The translations under genes and the position numbers were made by a program. This document shows positions 1 to 15,226 of a stretch of 64,000 nt of DNA, one piece after another (position 1 is the stretch's first letter; each line of letters begins with the position of its first letter). The notes under the pieces were generated by a model. It saw nothing but the letters and a program-made list of their open reading frames with translations, was not told the DNA's origin and did not search any database. The DNA comes from Chrysomallon squamiferum (lineage: Eukaryota > Animalia > Mollusca): the NCBI GenBank assembly GCA_012295275.1, contig CM022677.1:26908001-26972000 (forward strand), written 5' to 3'.

Positions 1-320
1 GGATCATTCAGACTTGTTCATGCAAATAAATATTCTTGAGTTCCTTTAGTCCGTTTTGTAGACTTTGACTAACTTTTAGAAATTAATTGTTGAACGTGGC
101 CTTCGAAAAATTCTATCATCTGATTACGTATGCAGATATAAACCATTACATATATCCACGTTTTCAGATTTTGTTATATTTTAAATCCATTATGAATAAA
201 AGTATTTCTCACTCTCTCCAAACTAAACAAATACTAAATCTTTATTCCAGTCATCACTGTATAACCGAAATTCAAGTCTCAGTCTAAAAAGACTATTTGA
301 CATTAGCGAACTACATTAGC

Positions 321-375
<55 letters not shown>

Positions 376-679
376 TATTGGTGTAACACTGGAGGTTATT
401 TATTTATTTATTTATTGTTAAAATATACGTTACGATCCGATTATAGTCCAAATAAAATGGCTTGACAAAACAAACCATTTATCTATTTAATTTCAAATTG
501 GCATAGTTTATCGATCATTTCAAAAAGAAAGTTAGATGCATAGAGACTGACAGACAGACAGACAGACAGACAGTTTAAAGTAATATTATCGTCTAATACT
601 TCACACAGATTTCATTAGTCTTAGTCGTACAATTTTATTTTATTTTATTATTTTTTAAATATTTATTTATTTTTAAATG

Positions 680-1385
680 TTACAACAATTATTAGATAGT
701 TATTATATGTTTTAACGCAAATCACTAATATTATCTTCTAGTGTTTTCTAATATAATTATCATGCATTTAACGAACGCTATAGTAAATATTACATAGTTA
801 TAATATTTTACCTTATAACAACTATAACATATTCGTCATATATTTTAACTGCATTAAATATCAATGGTTATTGTGTGTTGAACGTTATAAGTTACACCGT
901 TATGTGTTTTAACGTCACAATAAATAGTACGTAGTTATCATTTGTCTTAACAGCTGCAATACGTATTACATATTTGTTCATTTTAATGTATCATAAGTAT
1001 TACATAGTGTTTATGTGTTGTCTATAAGTATTACGTAGTGTTTATGTGTTGTCTGTAAGTATTACATGGCTTTATGATGCCTATAAATGTTACAATTTTT
1101 TTTATGTGTTGCCTTGAAGCATTAGGTAGTTCTGATGTTTTGTCTGTATGTGTTACATAATTTATATGCCATTTAATGTAGTAAAGCACTGCACATTTTC
1201 TTATATATTTGACGTATATACATATTACTAGTTCTGGTGTGTTTTAACGCATATTACATGGTTAGTATATGTCGCCTATAAATATTACTTAGTTTGATGT
1301 GTTACCTATAAGTATTACTTAGTTTGATGTGTTACCTATAAGTATTACTTAGTTTGATGTGTTGCCAAAACGTATTACACACTAT
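680..1385. repeat. Degenerate ~30-bp minisatellite just downstream of the CTL1 stop
   Basis: Recurring tattac(a/t)tagt...tgtgtt units; three near-perfect copies (ctataagtattacttagtttgatgtgttac) at ~1277-1365. Confidence 0.65.
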
Positions 1386-1454
1386 TCATGCATTCCCTGC
1401 GGGTGTTAAGTAAGTTTCACGTTCGTTGATGTGTGTCACAGTTACACGTGTTTT

Positions 1455-1664
1455 TTACACAATCTCGCACACGTAGTTTCTCTCGTCGCCACAGAAGTTG
1501 TCGTCCATGCCCAGCACGTACCACCAGATCTGCACACACCCCCGTACTGCGCGGCTCCCCCGAGGCCCATTTCCCGTACACGACGGGCGACCCGTCCACC
1601 CACAGCCACGTCCCGTTGTCGTATGGGTCGTAGGCACCCGTCCAGTAGCTGACACCGTGGTAGT
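1455..1664 (-). CDS. CTL1 last exon: C-terminal half of C-type lectin domain, with a +1 frameshift
   Basis: Acceptor ttcacag at 1665-1666. Reads (D)YHGVSYWTGAYDPYDNGTWLWVDGSPVVYGKWASGEPRST, then in another frame GCVQIWWYVLGMDDNFCGDERNYVCEIV*. There is one extra base in the C5 run at 1539-1543. Aligns to CTL2 WSPGEPKASGCVQL...WDDTGC...YICELV*. Confidence 0.88.
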   Translation of the reverse strand, partial: TTTVSATGRVPTTHTTTGRGCGWTGRPSCTGNGPRGSRAVRGCVQIWWYVLGMDDNFCGDERNYVCEIV

Positions 1665-1832
1665 CTGTGAACAGTGAACAAACAAACAGGCAGGTGGGGT
1701 ATAGCTTGTATATAACACGTATTAACACATAAATTGAATAACAATCATAATTATAGATAAAAAAAAAAGAAAAAAAAAAGTCGATATATAAATAAATAAA
1801 CCATTTTTGATTAGGTAACTGATAATTTCTAC

Positions 1833-2009
1833 CTTTGTCTAGAATGTCCGTCACGAGGTCCGCTTTGGCCGGAGTGTCCATCTTGACCAGCATGGCGTTG
1901 TCTGCCTCGCAGGCGGCCCTGGCGTCGTGCCACGCCCTGCTGTCAGACGAGAACTTGAGACACATCGCAACAGTGGAGAAATACTCGTAACCAGGCCGAT
2001 CACACTTCT
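1833..2009 (-). CDS. CTL1 exon 3: N-terminal half of C-type lectin domain
   Basis: ccacag acceptor and gtagaa donor, 177 nt, phase 1-1. Encodes KCDRPGYEYFSTVAMCLKFSSDSRAWHDARAACEADNAMLVKMDTPAKADLVTDILDK (CTL W..A...C....LV pattern). Confidence 0.9.
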
Positions 2010-2057
2010 CTGTGGAGCGAAGTAAACCAAGTTACGTCTTAGGTAAGTGAGTGGTAG

Positions 2058-2462
2058 ACAAACAAACAAACAAACAAACAAATAAACCAATCAACCAACC
2101 AACCAACCAACCAACCAACCAACAAACAAACAAACCAACAAACCAACAAACCAACAAACCAACCAACCAACCAACCAACAAACAAACCAACCAACCAACA
2201 AACCAACAAACCAACCAACCAACCAACCAACCAACCAACAAACAAACAAACCAACCAACCAACAAACCAACCAACCAACCAACAAACAAACCAACCAACA
2301 AACCAACCAACCAACCAACCAACCAACCAACCAACCAACCAACAAACCAACCAACCAACCAACCAACCAACAAACAAACAAACCAACCAACCAACCAACA
2401 CACAAACCAACCAACCAACCAACCAACCAACCAACCAACCAACCAACAAACAAACAAACAAA
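2058..2462. repeat. (AACC/AAAC)n compound microsatellite
   Basis: Direct inspection. Confidence 0.95.
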
Positions 2463-2748
2463 AATAAATACAATAAGTAGATGCCGCTGACGAGACTTGA
2501 AGGTATCGTACCAACTCATCCGCACTCACAAGGCGGACAATGTTGCCGGTCGGCCATGAGACAACCACATCTATCCATCTATCCATCTATCCATCCGCCC
2601 AAGTATCTGTCTATAGATGTGTGAGTATGTAAGTACGTATGTGTAAGTCTGTGTGTTCCTATCCATGTATCTACGTTATCTGTATCTTCTCTGTGTTTCC
2701 ATGCATCCAGTCCTTTATCCAGTTACTTTACTTCGACATTATGAGGTT

Positions 2749-5700
2749 TATCCTACCTTTGAATATACGATAGTAAACGAAGTGTATAGATGTATCCTAC
2801 GTTTGAATATACGATAGTAAACGAAATGTGTAGATGTATCCTACGTTTCAATATACGATAGTACACGAAGTGTGTAGATGTATCTTACGTTTGTATATAC
2901 GATAGTACACGAAGTGTGTAGGTGTATCTTACGTTTGAATATACGATAGTACACGAAGTGTGTAGGTGTATCTTACGTTTGAATATACGATAGTACACGA
3001 AGTGTGTAGATGTATCTTACGTTTGAATATACGATAGTACACGAAGTGTGTAGATGTATCTTACGTTTGAATATACGATAGTACACGAAGTGTGTAGATG
3101 TATCTTACGTTTGAATATACGATAGTACACGAAGTGTGTAGATGTATCTTACGTTTGATATACGATTACACGAAGTTGAATATACGATTGAATATACGAT
3201 AGTACACGAAGTGTAGATGTATCTTACGTTTGTATATACGATAGTACACGTTTGTTTGAATATAACGATAGTACACGAAGTGTGTAGATGTATCTTACGT
3301 TTGAATATACGATAGTACATCTTACGTTTGAATATACGATAGATCTTATCTTACGTTTGATATACGATAGTACACGAAGTGTGTAGATGTATCTTACGTT
3401 TTGAATATACGATAGTACACGAAGTGTGTAGATGTATCTTACGTTTGAATATACGATAGTACACGAAGTGTGTAGATGTATCTTACGTTTGAATATACGA
3501 TAGTACACGAAGTGTGTAGATGTATCTTACGTTTGAATATACGATATAGTACACGAAGTGTGTAGATGTATCTTACGTTTGAATATACGATAGTACACGA
3601 AGTGTGTAGATGTATCTTACGTTTGAATATACGATAGTACACGAAGTGTGTAGATGTATCTTACGTTTGAATATACGATAGTACACGAAGTGTGTAGATG
3701 TATCTTACGTTTGAATATACGATAGTACACGAAGTGTGTAGATGTATCTTACGTTTGAATATATCTTACGTTTGAATATACGATAGTACACGAAGTGTGT
3801 AGATGTATCTTACGTTTGAATATACGATAGTACACGAAGTGTGTAGGTGTATCTTACGTTTGAATATACGATAGTACACGAAGTGTGTAGATGTATCTTA
3901 CGTTTGAATATACGATAGTACACGAAGTGTGTAGATGTATCTTACGTTTGAATATACGATAGTACACGAAGTGTGTAGATGTATCTTACGTTTGAATATA
4001 CGATAGTACACGAAGTGTGTAGATGTATCTTACGTTTGAATATACGATAGTACACGAAGAAGTGTAGATGTATCTTACGTTTGAATATACGATAGTACAC
4101 GAAGTGTGTAGATGTATCTTACGTTTGAATATACGATAGTACACGAAGTGTGTAGATGTATCTTACGTTTGAATATACGATAGTACACGAAGTGTGTAGA
4201 TGTATCTTACGTTTGAATATACGATAGTACACGAAGTGTGTAGATGTATCTTACGTTTGAATATACGATAGTACACGAAGTGTGTAGATGTATCTTACGT
4301 TTGAATATACGATAGTACACGAAGTGTGTAGATGTATCTTACGTTTGTATACGATAGTACACGAAGTGTGTAGAATATCTTACGATATACGATACACGAA
4401 GTGTGTAGATGTATCTTACGTTTGAATATACGATAGTACACGATAGTACACGAATACGATAGTACACGATGTGTAGATGTATCTTACGTTTGTATATACG
4501 ATAGTACACGAAGTGTGTAGATGTATCTTACGTTTGAATATACGATAGTACACGAAGTGTGTAGATGTATCTTACGTTTGAATATACGATAGTACACGAA
4601 GTGTGTAGATGTATCTTACGTTTGTGTATACGATAGTACACGAAGTGTGTAGATGTATCTTACGTTTGAATATACGATAGTACACGAAGTGTGTAGATGG
4701 ATCTTACGTTTGAATATACGATAGTACACGAAGTGTGTAGATGTATCTTACGTTTGTATATACGATAGTACACGAAGTGTGTAGATGTATCTTACGTTTG
4801 AATATACGATAGTACACGAAGTGTGTAGATGTATCTTACGTTTGAATATACGATAGTACACGAAGTGTGTAGATGGATCTTACGTTTGTATATACGATAG
4901 TACACGAAGTTTGAATACGTTTGACGATAGTACACGAAGTGTGTAGATGGATTACTTTGAATATACGATTGAATATACGATAGTACACGAAGTGTGTAGA
5001 TGTATCTTACGTTTGAATATACGATAGTACACGAAGTGTGTAGATGTATCTTACGTTTGAATATACGATAGTACACGAAGTGTGTAGATGTATCTTACGT
5101 TTGAATATACGATAGTACACGAAGTGTGTAGATGTATCTTACGTTTGAATATACGATAGTACACGAAGTGTGTAGATGTATCTTACGTTTGAATATACGA
5201 TAGTACACGAAGTGTGTAGATGTATCTTACGTTTGAATATACGATAGTACACGAAGTGTGTAGATGTATCTTACGTTTGAATATACGATATACGATAGTA
5301 CACGAAGTGTGTAGATGTATCTTACGTTTGAATATACGATATCTGTGTAGATGTATCTTACGTTTTGAATATACGATAGTTTGAATATACGATAGTACAC
5401 ACGAAGTGTAGTGGGTATCTTACGTTTGAATATACGATAGTACACGAAGTGTGTAGATGTATCTTACGTTTGAATATACGATAGTACACGAAGTGTGTAG
5501 ATGTATCTTACGTTTGAATATACGATAGTACACGAAGTGTGTAGATGTGTATCTTACGTTTGAATATACGATAGTACACGAAGTGTGTAGATGTATCTTA
5601 CGTTTGAATATACGATAGTACACGAAGTGTGTAGATGGATCTTACGTTTGAATATACGATAGTACACGAAGTGTGTAGATGGATCTTACGTTTGTATATA

Positions 5701-6882
5701 CGATAGTATACGATAGTACACGAAGATGTATCTTACGTTTGAATATACGATAGTACTTGAAATGTTTGAATATACGATAGTACACGAAGTGTGTAGGTGT
5801 ATCTTACGTTTGAATATACGATAGTACACGAAGTGTGTAGATGTATCTTACGTTTGAATATACGATAGTACACGAAGTGTGTAGATGTATCTTACGTTTG
5901 AATACGATTTGTGTAGGTGTATCTTACGTTTGAATATACGATAGTACACGAAGTGTGTAGATGTATCTTACGTTTGAATATACGATAGTACACGAAGTGT
6001 GTAGATGTATCTTACGTTTGAATATACGATAGTACACGAAGTGTGTAGATGTATCTTACGTTTGAATATACGATAGTACACGAAGTGTGTAGATGTATCT
6101 TACGTTTGAATATACGATAGTACACGAAGTGTGTAGGTGTATCTTACGTTTGTATATACGATAGTACACGAAGTGTGTAGGTGTATCTTACGTTTGAATA
6201 TACGATAGTACACGAAGTGCGTAAGTGTATCTTATGTTTGAATATACGATAGTACACGAAATGTGTAGATGTATCTTACGTTTGAATATACGATAGTACA
6301 CGAAGTGTGTAGGTGTATCTTACGTTTGAATATACGATAGTACACGAAGTGTGTAGATGTATCTTACGTTTGAATATACGATAGTACACGAAGTGCGTAG
6401 ATGTATCTTACGTTTGAATATACGATAGTACACGAAATGTTTGAATATACGATACATCTTACTTACGTTTGTTTATACGATAGTACACGAAAATGTTTAT
6501 CTTACGTTTTATACGAAGTGTGTAGGTGTATCTTACGTTTGAATATACGATAGTACACGAAATGTGTAGATGTATCTTACGTTTGTATATACGATAGTAC
6601 ACGAAGTGTGTAGATGTATCTTACGTTTGAATATACGATAGTACACGAAGTGTGTAGGTGTATCTTACGTTTGAATATACGATAGTACACGAAGTGTGTA
6701 GATGTGTCTTACGTTTGTATATACGATAGTACACGAAGTGTTACGTTTTGTATATACGATAGTACACGAAGTGTGTAGATGTATCTTACGTTTGAATATA
6801 CGACGATAGTACACGACTGTATCTTACGTTTGAATATACGATAGTGGACTTAAGATGGATCTTACGTTTGAATACGATAGTA
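2749..6882 (-). repeat. 44-bp satellite (~94 copies); unit is the end of the CTL1 PAN exon plus its 5' splice site
   Basis: The unit on the minus strand is catctacacacttcgtgtactatcgtatattcaaac|gtaagata, which encodes ..THFVYYRIFK followed by a phase-1 gtaaga donor. Confidence 0.95.
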
Positions 6883-6945
6883 ACCACATCTTATGCAGGA
6901 ATTATACGATAGATTCACAGAGACTTTGGAACTGAAAAAACTCAG
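6866..6945 (-). pseudogene. Remnant of CTL1 exon 2 (PAN exon), mostly missing or garbled
   Basis: Strong polypyrimidine acceptor tttt..cttcaag at 6946-6947, followed by (A)EFFQFQSLC (compare CTL2 GILQFRGVA). Only 80 nt lie before the first donor copy, against 246 nt in both paralogs, and the sequence here is a mosaic of repeat fragments. Confidence 0.45.
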
Positions 6946-7228
6946 CTTGAAGAAAAAAAAAAAAAGAAAAAAAAAAAAGAGTAATTAAACCAGTCAAATA
7001 ATTCAAGCATGACAATGAAAAGTCTGTCCGACATTTTCCTGAACGATTTACTTCATTTATTTACTTTCTTTCGTGGATGTATTTTTAAGCTGCACACACT
7101 ATTGATGTCTTTGTCCCAGCACTGCACTGACTCGCCGATGTGTGTGGAAGTTTATAAACTTAAAGCATCGATTGTTGTGTTTAATCTATGTATGTGATGT
7201 GTATGACAAAAACCACACACGCACAAAA

Positions 7229-7279
<51 letters not shown>

Positions 7280-8095
7280 TAAAAGAAAACAAGAACAAGC
7301 AAAGAAGCAACAACAACAAAAAAAAAAAAAAAAAAAAAAAATATATATAAAGAAACTAAAAATGAAAATTGGTAACAAAAAAAAAGTTTATGCCATTTCT
7401 GACATTGTTACCTCACAGCAGGGGTAGTGAATTATCAACATGATGTCACTATTGAATAAAACACTTTACCAGGTTCAGCGAATCTGTGTTCTTTCACAGT
7501 GACCTCAATCACTAACCAGCTTTGTTTGTTAACATCGACCTTGCAGTCGTAAGATAAAGCAAATACAAAACTCCGTAATTTGATTGGTCTGTGTGTAATT
7601 ACAGAAACGTGTTCAGTTAAATGATGATAGAATTATTCGTCTCGTTTAATTGTTTGTTTTTCTCTTTTAGTCAGTCTTAGTGAATGCAATACGAAGAAAG
7701 GCGTGAAACAGACGGGAAGGAAAACGAAGGGAAACAAATGTAAATGACGTCATCAAGAGTTTGTCAGATCGAATGAGGCACGTAGCGAGAGTTAAAATAA
7801 CGTTTTACTGTATCCTAAACCTTCTCTAATACAGATATGTGCTTGTTGCATGGTCCCTATGTAAGTACTGTTACATACACACACACGCACAGACACGTAT
7901 CGGGGACTAATCAAATCGCACTGAACCGTAACATCTCACATCCAAAAGTGTAGATTAGAAATTGTTCGTTATTGTCCAAAATTTCAAGTAACTATTTTTA
8001 AGTAAGGCGAAAATCTGATATTGAAACTCGCTGTTCCTGAATGTAAGCATGTCATGAATCCATCTCATGAATCCACCAGTCTTCCTGAACAGACT

Positions 8096-8322
8096 ATCAG
8101 TGGACCTACACGTTTCTGTGGAGTGTTTCACAATCGCTTTGATGAAACAAAGATGTGAAACAGGAGAGATGATCAGTGGACCTACACGTTTCTGCAGAGT
8201 GTTTCACAGTCGCTTTGATGAAACAAAGATGTGAAACAGGAGAGATGATCAGTGGACCTACACCTTTCTGTAGAGTGTTTCACAGTCGCTTTGATGAAAC
8301 AAAGATGTGAAACAGGAGAGAT
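8096..8322. repeat. 76-bp tandem repeat x3
   Basis: atcagtggacctacac...caggagagat starts at 8096, 8172 and 8248. Confidence 0.9.
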
Positions 8323-8898
8323 CTTTCTCCACTTTCCTTGATTTTCAGTCTTCAGTTCCTGCTCAGTGAACTGATCACACAATCTTTGCTTGTCTTCTCA
8401 CCCAGTGCTTTCCAGACACAATCACACCTCGCTCTGATCCAGACACAATCACACCTCGCTCTGATCCAGACTTTGAGAAAGACAAACATCTTCCTTCGTG
8501 AATGCTGAGTGCGCCAAATGTAGCTGAGTTTGATCGCTTGAAAGACAAAGTTATTGTCAAAGTACGAACGTGTGAGTCTTGGAGTAGTCTACAGTCAAAT
8601 AACTTAACGTGATTCTCAGAACTGACTTCAGTAGCTGAAACTTTACCCGCGACAAAACTTCTCAAGTTCATCACGCGACAGAAAAATCTTTCCTTCATTC
8701 TTCTACTCGACCACTGCCATCTCCTAATCGGACTTCTATGATTATTTTATAATCTGTAATTTACTGACTTTTTTCCATTATTTTAGACTCAACATTTTTA
8801 CAGTTTCCTGTCACTGCTTTTAGCTACATAACAATATTAAAATCCAGCAAATTAATTTTTACCTCTACTGAAACATCTCTACTCATGGTTTAGCATCA

Positions 8899-9646
8899 TG
8901 GTAATTAAAGTTTTAACAAACATGATTTAACTAGCAGGATGATACGTGTAATGAGTACTGTAATTGCAGGATGATACGTGTTATGAGTACTGTACTTGCA
9001 GGATGATACGTGTTATGAGTACTGTACTTGCAGGATGATACGTGTTATGAGTACTGTACTTGCAGGATGATACGTGTTATGAGTACTGTACTTGCAGGAT
9101 GATACGTGTTATGAGTACTGTACTTGCAGGATGATACGTGTTATGAGTACTGTACTTGCAGGATGCTAAATACGTTCAGTTCTGAAACAAGAAAGTTAAC
9201 GTCAAAGGTAATTAAAGTTTTAACAAACATGATTTAACTAGCAGGATGACACGTGTTATGAGTACTGTACTTGCAGGATGATACGTGTAATGAGTACTGT
9301 ACTTGCAGGATGATACGTGTTATGAGTACTGTACTTGCAGGATGATACGTGTTATGAGTACTGTACTTGCAGGATGATACGTGTTATGAGTACTGTACTT
9401 GCGGATGATACGTGTTATGAAATACTGTGTACTTGCAGGATGACACGTGTTATGAGTACTGTAAAGGATGATAAATATTATGAGTACTGTACTTGCTAAA
9501 TACGTTCAGTTCTGAAACAAGAAAGTTAACGTCAAAGGTAATTAAAGTTTTTAACAAACGTGATTTAACTAGCAGGATGACACGTGTTATGAGTACTGTA
9601 CTTGCAGGCTGCTAACTACGTTCAGTTCTCAAACAACAAAGTTAAC
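8899..9646. repeat. Higher-order minisatellite: blocks of a 32-bp unit separated by a repeated ~75-bp linker
   Basis: The unit is gcaggatgatacgtgttatgagtactgtactt. The linker gctaaatacgttcagttctgaaacaagaaagttaacgtcaaaggtaatt... occurs at ~9165 and ~9495, with a partial copy at ~9611. Confidence 0.9.
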
Positions 9647-9650
9647 TTAC

Positions 9651-9672
9651 CTGCTGTTGCGTGGTTTTTCAT
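9651..9672 (-). CDS. Putative CTL1 first coding exon (MKNHATA-G|gt)
   Basis: ATG at 9672-9670 and a consensus donor cag|gtaagt. Phase 1, compatible with the exon 2 remnant and analogous to CTL2 ATGGCAG|gtaag. Confidence 0.45.
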
Positions 9673-9943
9673 TTTGAAACACTTTTACAACTTCTCTACC
9701 CGCAGCTTGCTCCTTCGAGCGTTACAAACAGCATTGATAAAACATAAACAGCGACTCGCTTTCAAAGCTGATGTTAATTTATGACATCAATGAGGAACGT
9801 GAACCGTTACGGTTATCAATATCCGGCCTCCTTTTTGTTTTTTTATTAACATTGACTTTCACCATACAGAACGATGGAAATAATGTGCTGTTATTTTTGT
9901 TATTTTTGTTTTAATTTATGTATTTATTTATTTACTTATTTAC

Positions 9944-9974
<31 letters not shown>

Positions 9975-10032
9975 TATTTTCTTTACTTAACTTACTTTCT
10001 TATTTCTTTCTTGCTTTGTTTCTTTATTTTCG

Positions 10033-10930
<898 letters not shown>

Positions 10931-11106
10931 TCCGACTTCTCTTTGTCTTTTTCTTCTTAATTAATTAATCTTTTTATCAGCGGTTCGATGTGTTCGTGCA
11001 CGTGCGTACAAACAAATAATAAACTAAAAAACAGAAAAGTACACCAACAACAATACGCAAAACAAAAAAGGGAACAGAACCAAAAAAAAAAAAAAAAAAA
11101 ATCTAT

Positions 11107-11147
<41 letters not shown>

Positions 11148-11223
11148 AAGAAATAATAAATAAGAATAATAAAAAAGTTCTTGCATTATCCATTTTTCGT
11201 TTCTCTCTCTCTATCCATCGTTC

Positions 11224-11348
<125 letters not shown>

Positions 11349-12084
11349 TCTATTCTCCCTCTCATGCTGTTTCTGTAGTTGAGTGTGTGTATGTTATGTG
11401 TATGTGTGTGTGTGTTATGTGAATGTGTATGTGTGTGTGTGTGTGTGAGGGATGTGTGTGTGTGTGTGTGTTTAAGGTTTCTCACCTTTTTTCTTTTATC
11501 TGCTTCAGAACGTCGTTAGAAAATAATTTTCTAGACGTGAATGAAACAAAGCAGACGATAGTTAAAACACAAAACTGTGTGTAACAGGTAAATATTATCT
11601 GATATTAAATACAAACAGTCGGTGTTTGACGTTTGTGAAAATCTAGTCAAAGCGGATTTAAATTACTTGAACTTTCTCATTCACGTTTCTGAGTCATTTA
11701 GTCTACAAATAAAACCAGTGAATTACGTATTGATCTGAAACAAAAATAAAGACTTCACCACAGTTGTAATATTGACGAATTTCGGATCCTGTGGTTTATC
11801 GAAGATTTGCATTGATAAATTATCCTACAATATTGATATGTGTTCGAAATCATTATAACATAATAACCGATTATTTATTTATTTATTTATTAATTTATTT
11901 ATTTATTTATTTTTGCTCTCTCTTTATTCTGTACGTGTTAATAACTTACATCAGTTAAAATAAACAGATGAATGGTGCTTTGTATGAAATCATTTTTTTT
12001 TTTTTTTTCTAAAGAATTAGATTCATGATAATTACAGTTGTTAACAAATGTGATTTTACAGACGTGATATTTGCAGTTTTACGA

Positions 12085-12535
12085 ACATGATAATTGTAAT
12101 CTTACACACATGATAATTGTAATCTAACACACATGATAATTGTAATCTTACACACATTATAACTAATCTTACACACATGATAATTGTAATCTTACACACA
12201 TGATAATTGTAATCTAACACACATGATAATTGTAATCTTACACACATTATAACTGTAATCTTACACACATTATAACTGTAATCTTACACACATGGTAATT
12301 GTAATCTTACACACATGATAATTATAATCTTACACACATGATAATTGTAATCTTACACACATGATAATTATAATCTTACACACATGATAATTGTAATCTT
12401 ACACACATGATAATTGTAATCTAACACACATGATAATTGTAATCTTACACACATTATAACTGTAATCTTACACACATTATAACTGTAATCTTACACACAT
12501 GGTAATTGTAATCTTACACACATGGTAATTATTGT
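12085..12535. repeat. 23-bp minisatellite (~19 copies)
   Basis: Unit atgataattgtaatcttacacac. Confidence 0.92.
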
Positions 12536-13216
12536 TTTGGAAACATGATGAAATAATTCTCGTAGTCACAGTATTAATATCATTACCAGTTCCAGTAGCA
12601 AAGGTAGTAAGAGTTTAAAATTAATTTGAATTATAATATTACATTTAAAAAGGTGTAATGTTTGTGTGTTAATGTTTTTGTAGAGATGTATATGTATGTA
12701 TAGAGATGTATATGTATGCATAGAGATGTATATGTATGTATAGAGATGTGTGTGTATGCATAGAGATGTATATGTATGTATAGAGATGTATATGTATGCA
12801 TAGAGATGTATATGTATGTATAGAGATTGTGTGTGTATGCATATAGATGTGTATGTGTGTATATATATGTATATATAGATGTGTGTGTATATATGTTTTC
12901 TTAACTAATGCTGGTATGACGTTTACATAGTATTTTGATTATTACTACTACCACTGCTCCTGTTAATGATATTACTACTACTGCTACAGCTACTGCTACT
13001 AGGGCTGCTACTATTTCTACTATTACTTGTACTACACCACTACATCTACTACTATCACTACTGCTACGATACTGAATGCATATTTATTTTTACTTTTTTG
13101 CTTTTCGATTCGGATTGAGTGAAAAGAGAGGAGGAGAGGAGAGAGAGATGCTGAAAAATGAGATTTAGAGAGAGAGACTTAGAGAGAGATAGATTGAGAA
13201 AATAGATATTTATTAA

Positions 13217-13889
<673 letters not shown>

Positions 13890-15093
13890 GCCACCGTATT
13901 TGTTACACCACGAAAAAAAAAAAATGATTAAAATAAAATAAAAAAATAAAAAAAAAAATAAATAAATAATAAAAAAAAAATAAAAATAAAAAATAAATAA
14001 AAAAAATAAATAAATAAATCAAAAATAATAAATAAATAAATAAATAAATAATCACAAGAAGAATTTGAAAAACGACAGAAAAGAACAACATTATAAAAAA
14101 CAAATCAGCAACAAACAAAAAATATCTCAAAACAACAGAAATTTCAAAAGAACAAAAATCACACAACAAAACAGCATAAATGTCAATTAGCTGTTTATTT
14201 TTTCATTTACGAACTAAAAAAAAAAAAAAAAAAAGAAGGTAGTCAAACTTTAAACTTACCTGACAACAAAATCCAGTCTTCTTAGAGAAACAAAAAAAAA
14301 ACACACAAAATTTGAATAAATCTCGTGAAAAGACGCTGTCACTTACTTACTTATATACGTACAACGCTGAAGTAGCAGGCAGCCAATGAAGCAAAAAGTT
14401 TTTTATTTCAAATTCAAGTCAGCTGCGAGGTTCGAGACGAAACCTCTCCAAACCCCCGATTCTTTCTCTTGTTGTTATAGATTATTGTGAAACGAAGAAG
14501 CTGCGCGTTTGTAGACCACAAATAAGTCTGAACATTGTCATTTCATTGTCTGTTGTTACGCATGCAACCGTGAAGAAGATGGCGATGAAAAAAGAGAGAA
14601 TTAATTACATTACTGTGTTACATCTACTCGTCCAGCGCTCAAGTAGTTTGCACATGAAAAAGCTTTGAAGAAAAAAAAATGTAAGAGAAAGAAATAGTAT
14701 GTTGTTGTGGTAGTGTTTGTTGTAATGGTAGGAGTAGTAGGTAGTAGACACAGCGGCGGTACTGGTTATAGTACACAGAAGTATTAGTTATAGGAGATGT
14801 TGTAGTAGTATAACTAGTAGTAGTAACAATGCGAGTACTAGTAATATTTGTTATAAGTTGGAGCAGTGTTTGGTGTAGTGAATGAAGTAGTCGTAGTCAT
14901 AGCAGCTGTATTAATCGTATTAATTGTAGTATTAATTAGACGCCATAAGAGTAACGGCAGTAGTAGTAATATTTAACAATAACTGTAATAATAATGGTAG
15001 TAACAGTAGTAATAGTATATTAATTACAATTGTAGTAACAATATTTTAACTGAAGCTGTGCCGGCTACAGCGGAAAAAGAAGTCGTAGTTAAT

Positions 15094-15226
15094 GTAGCTG
15101 CTGTAGTTGTTGTAGTACTTCCAGTAGCTGCTGTAGTTGTTGTAGCACTTCCAGTAGCTGCTGTAGTTGTTGTAGTACTTCCAGTAGCTGCTGCAGTTGT
15201 TGTAGTACTTCCAGTAGCTAATGTAG
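15094..15226. repeat. 30-bp tandem repeat x~4
   Basis: Unit gtagctgctgtagttgttgtagtacttcca. Confidence 0.85.

Noticed and set aside
2480-2572. Small GC-rich island in the CTL1 intron as the missing PAN exon
   Set aside because: No PAN cysteine pattern and no compatible splice sites.
2749-6882. Regular arrays (44-bp, 26-bp, 28-bp, 32-bp) as CRISPR arrays
   Set aside because: Head-to-tail units with no unique spacers, no cas genes, and a spliced eukaryotic context.
8375-8698. 107-aa ORF with a faint resemblance to LINE ORF1 or transposase fragments
   Set aside because: No diagnostic motif I can defend, and it contains a 27-bp internal duplication. It would need BLASTX or Dfam support.
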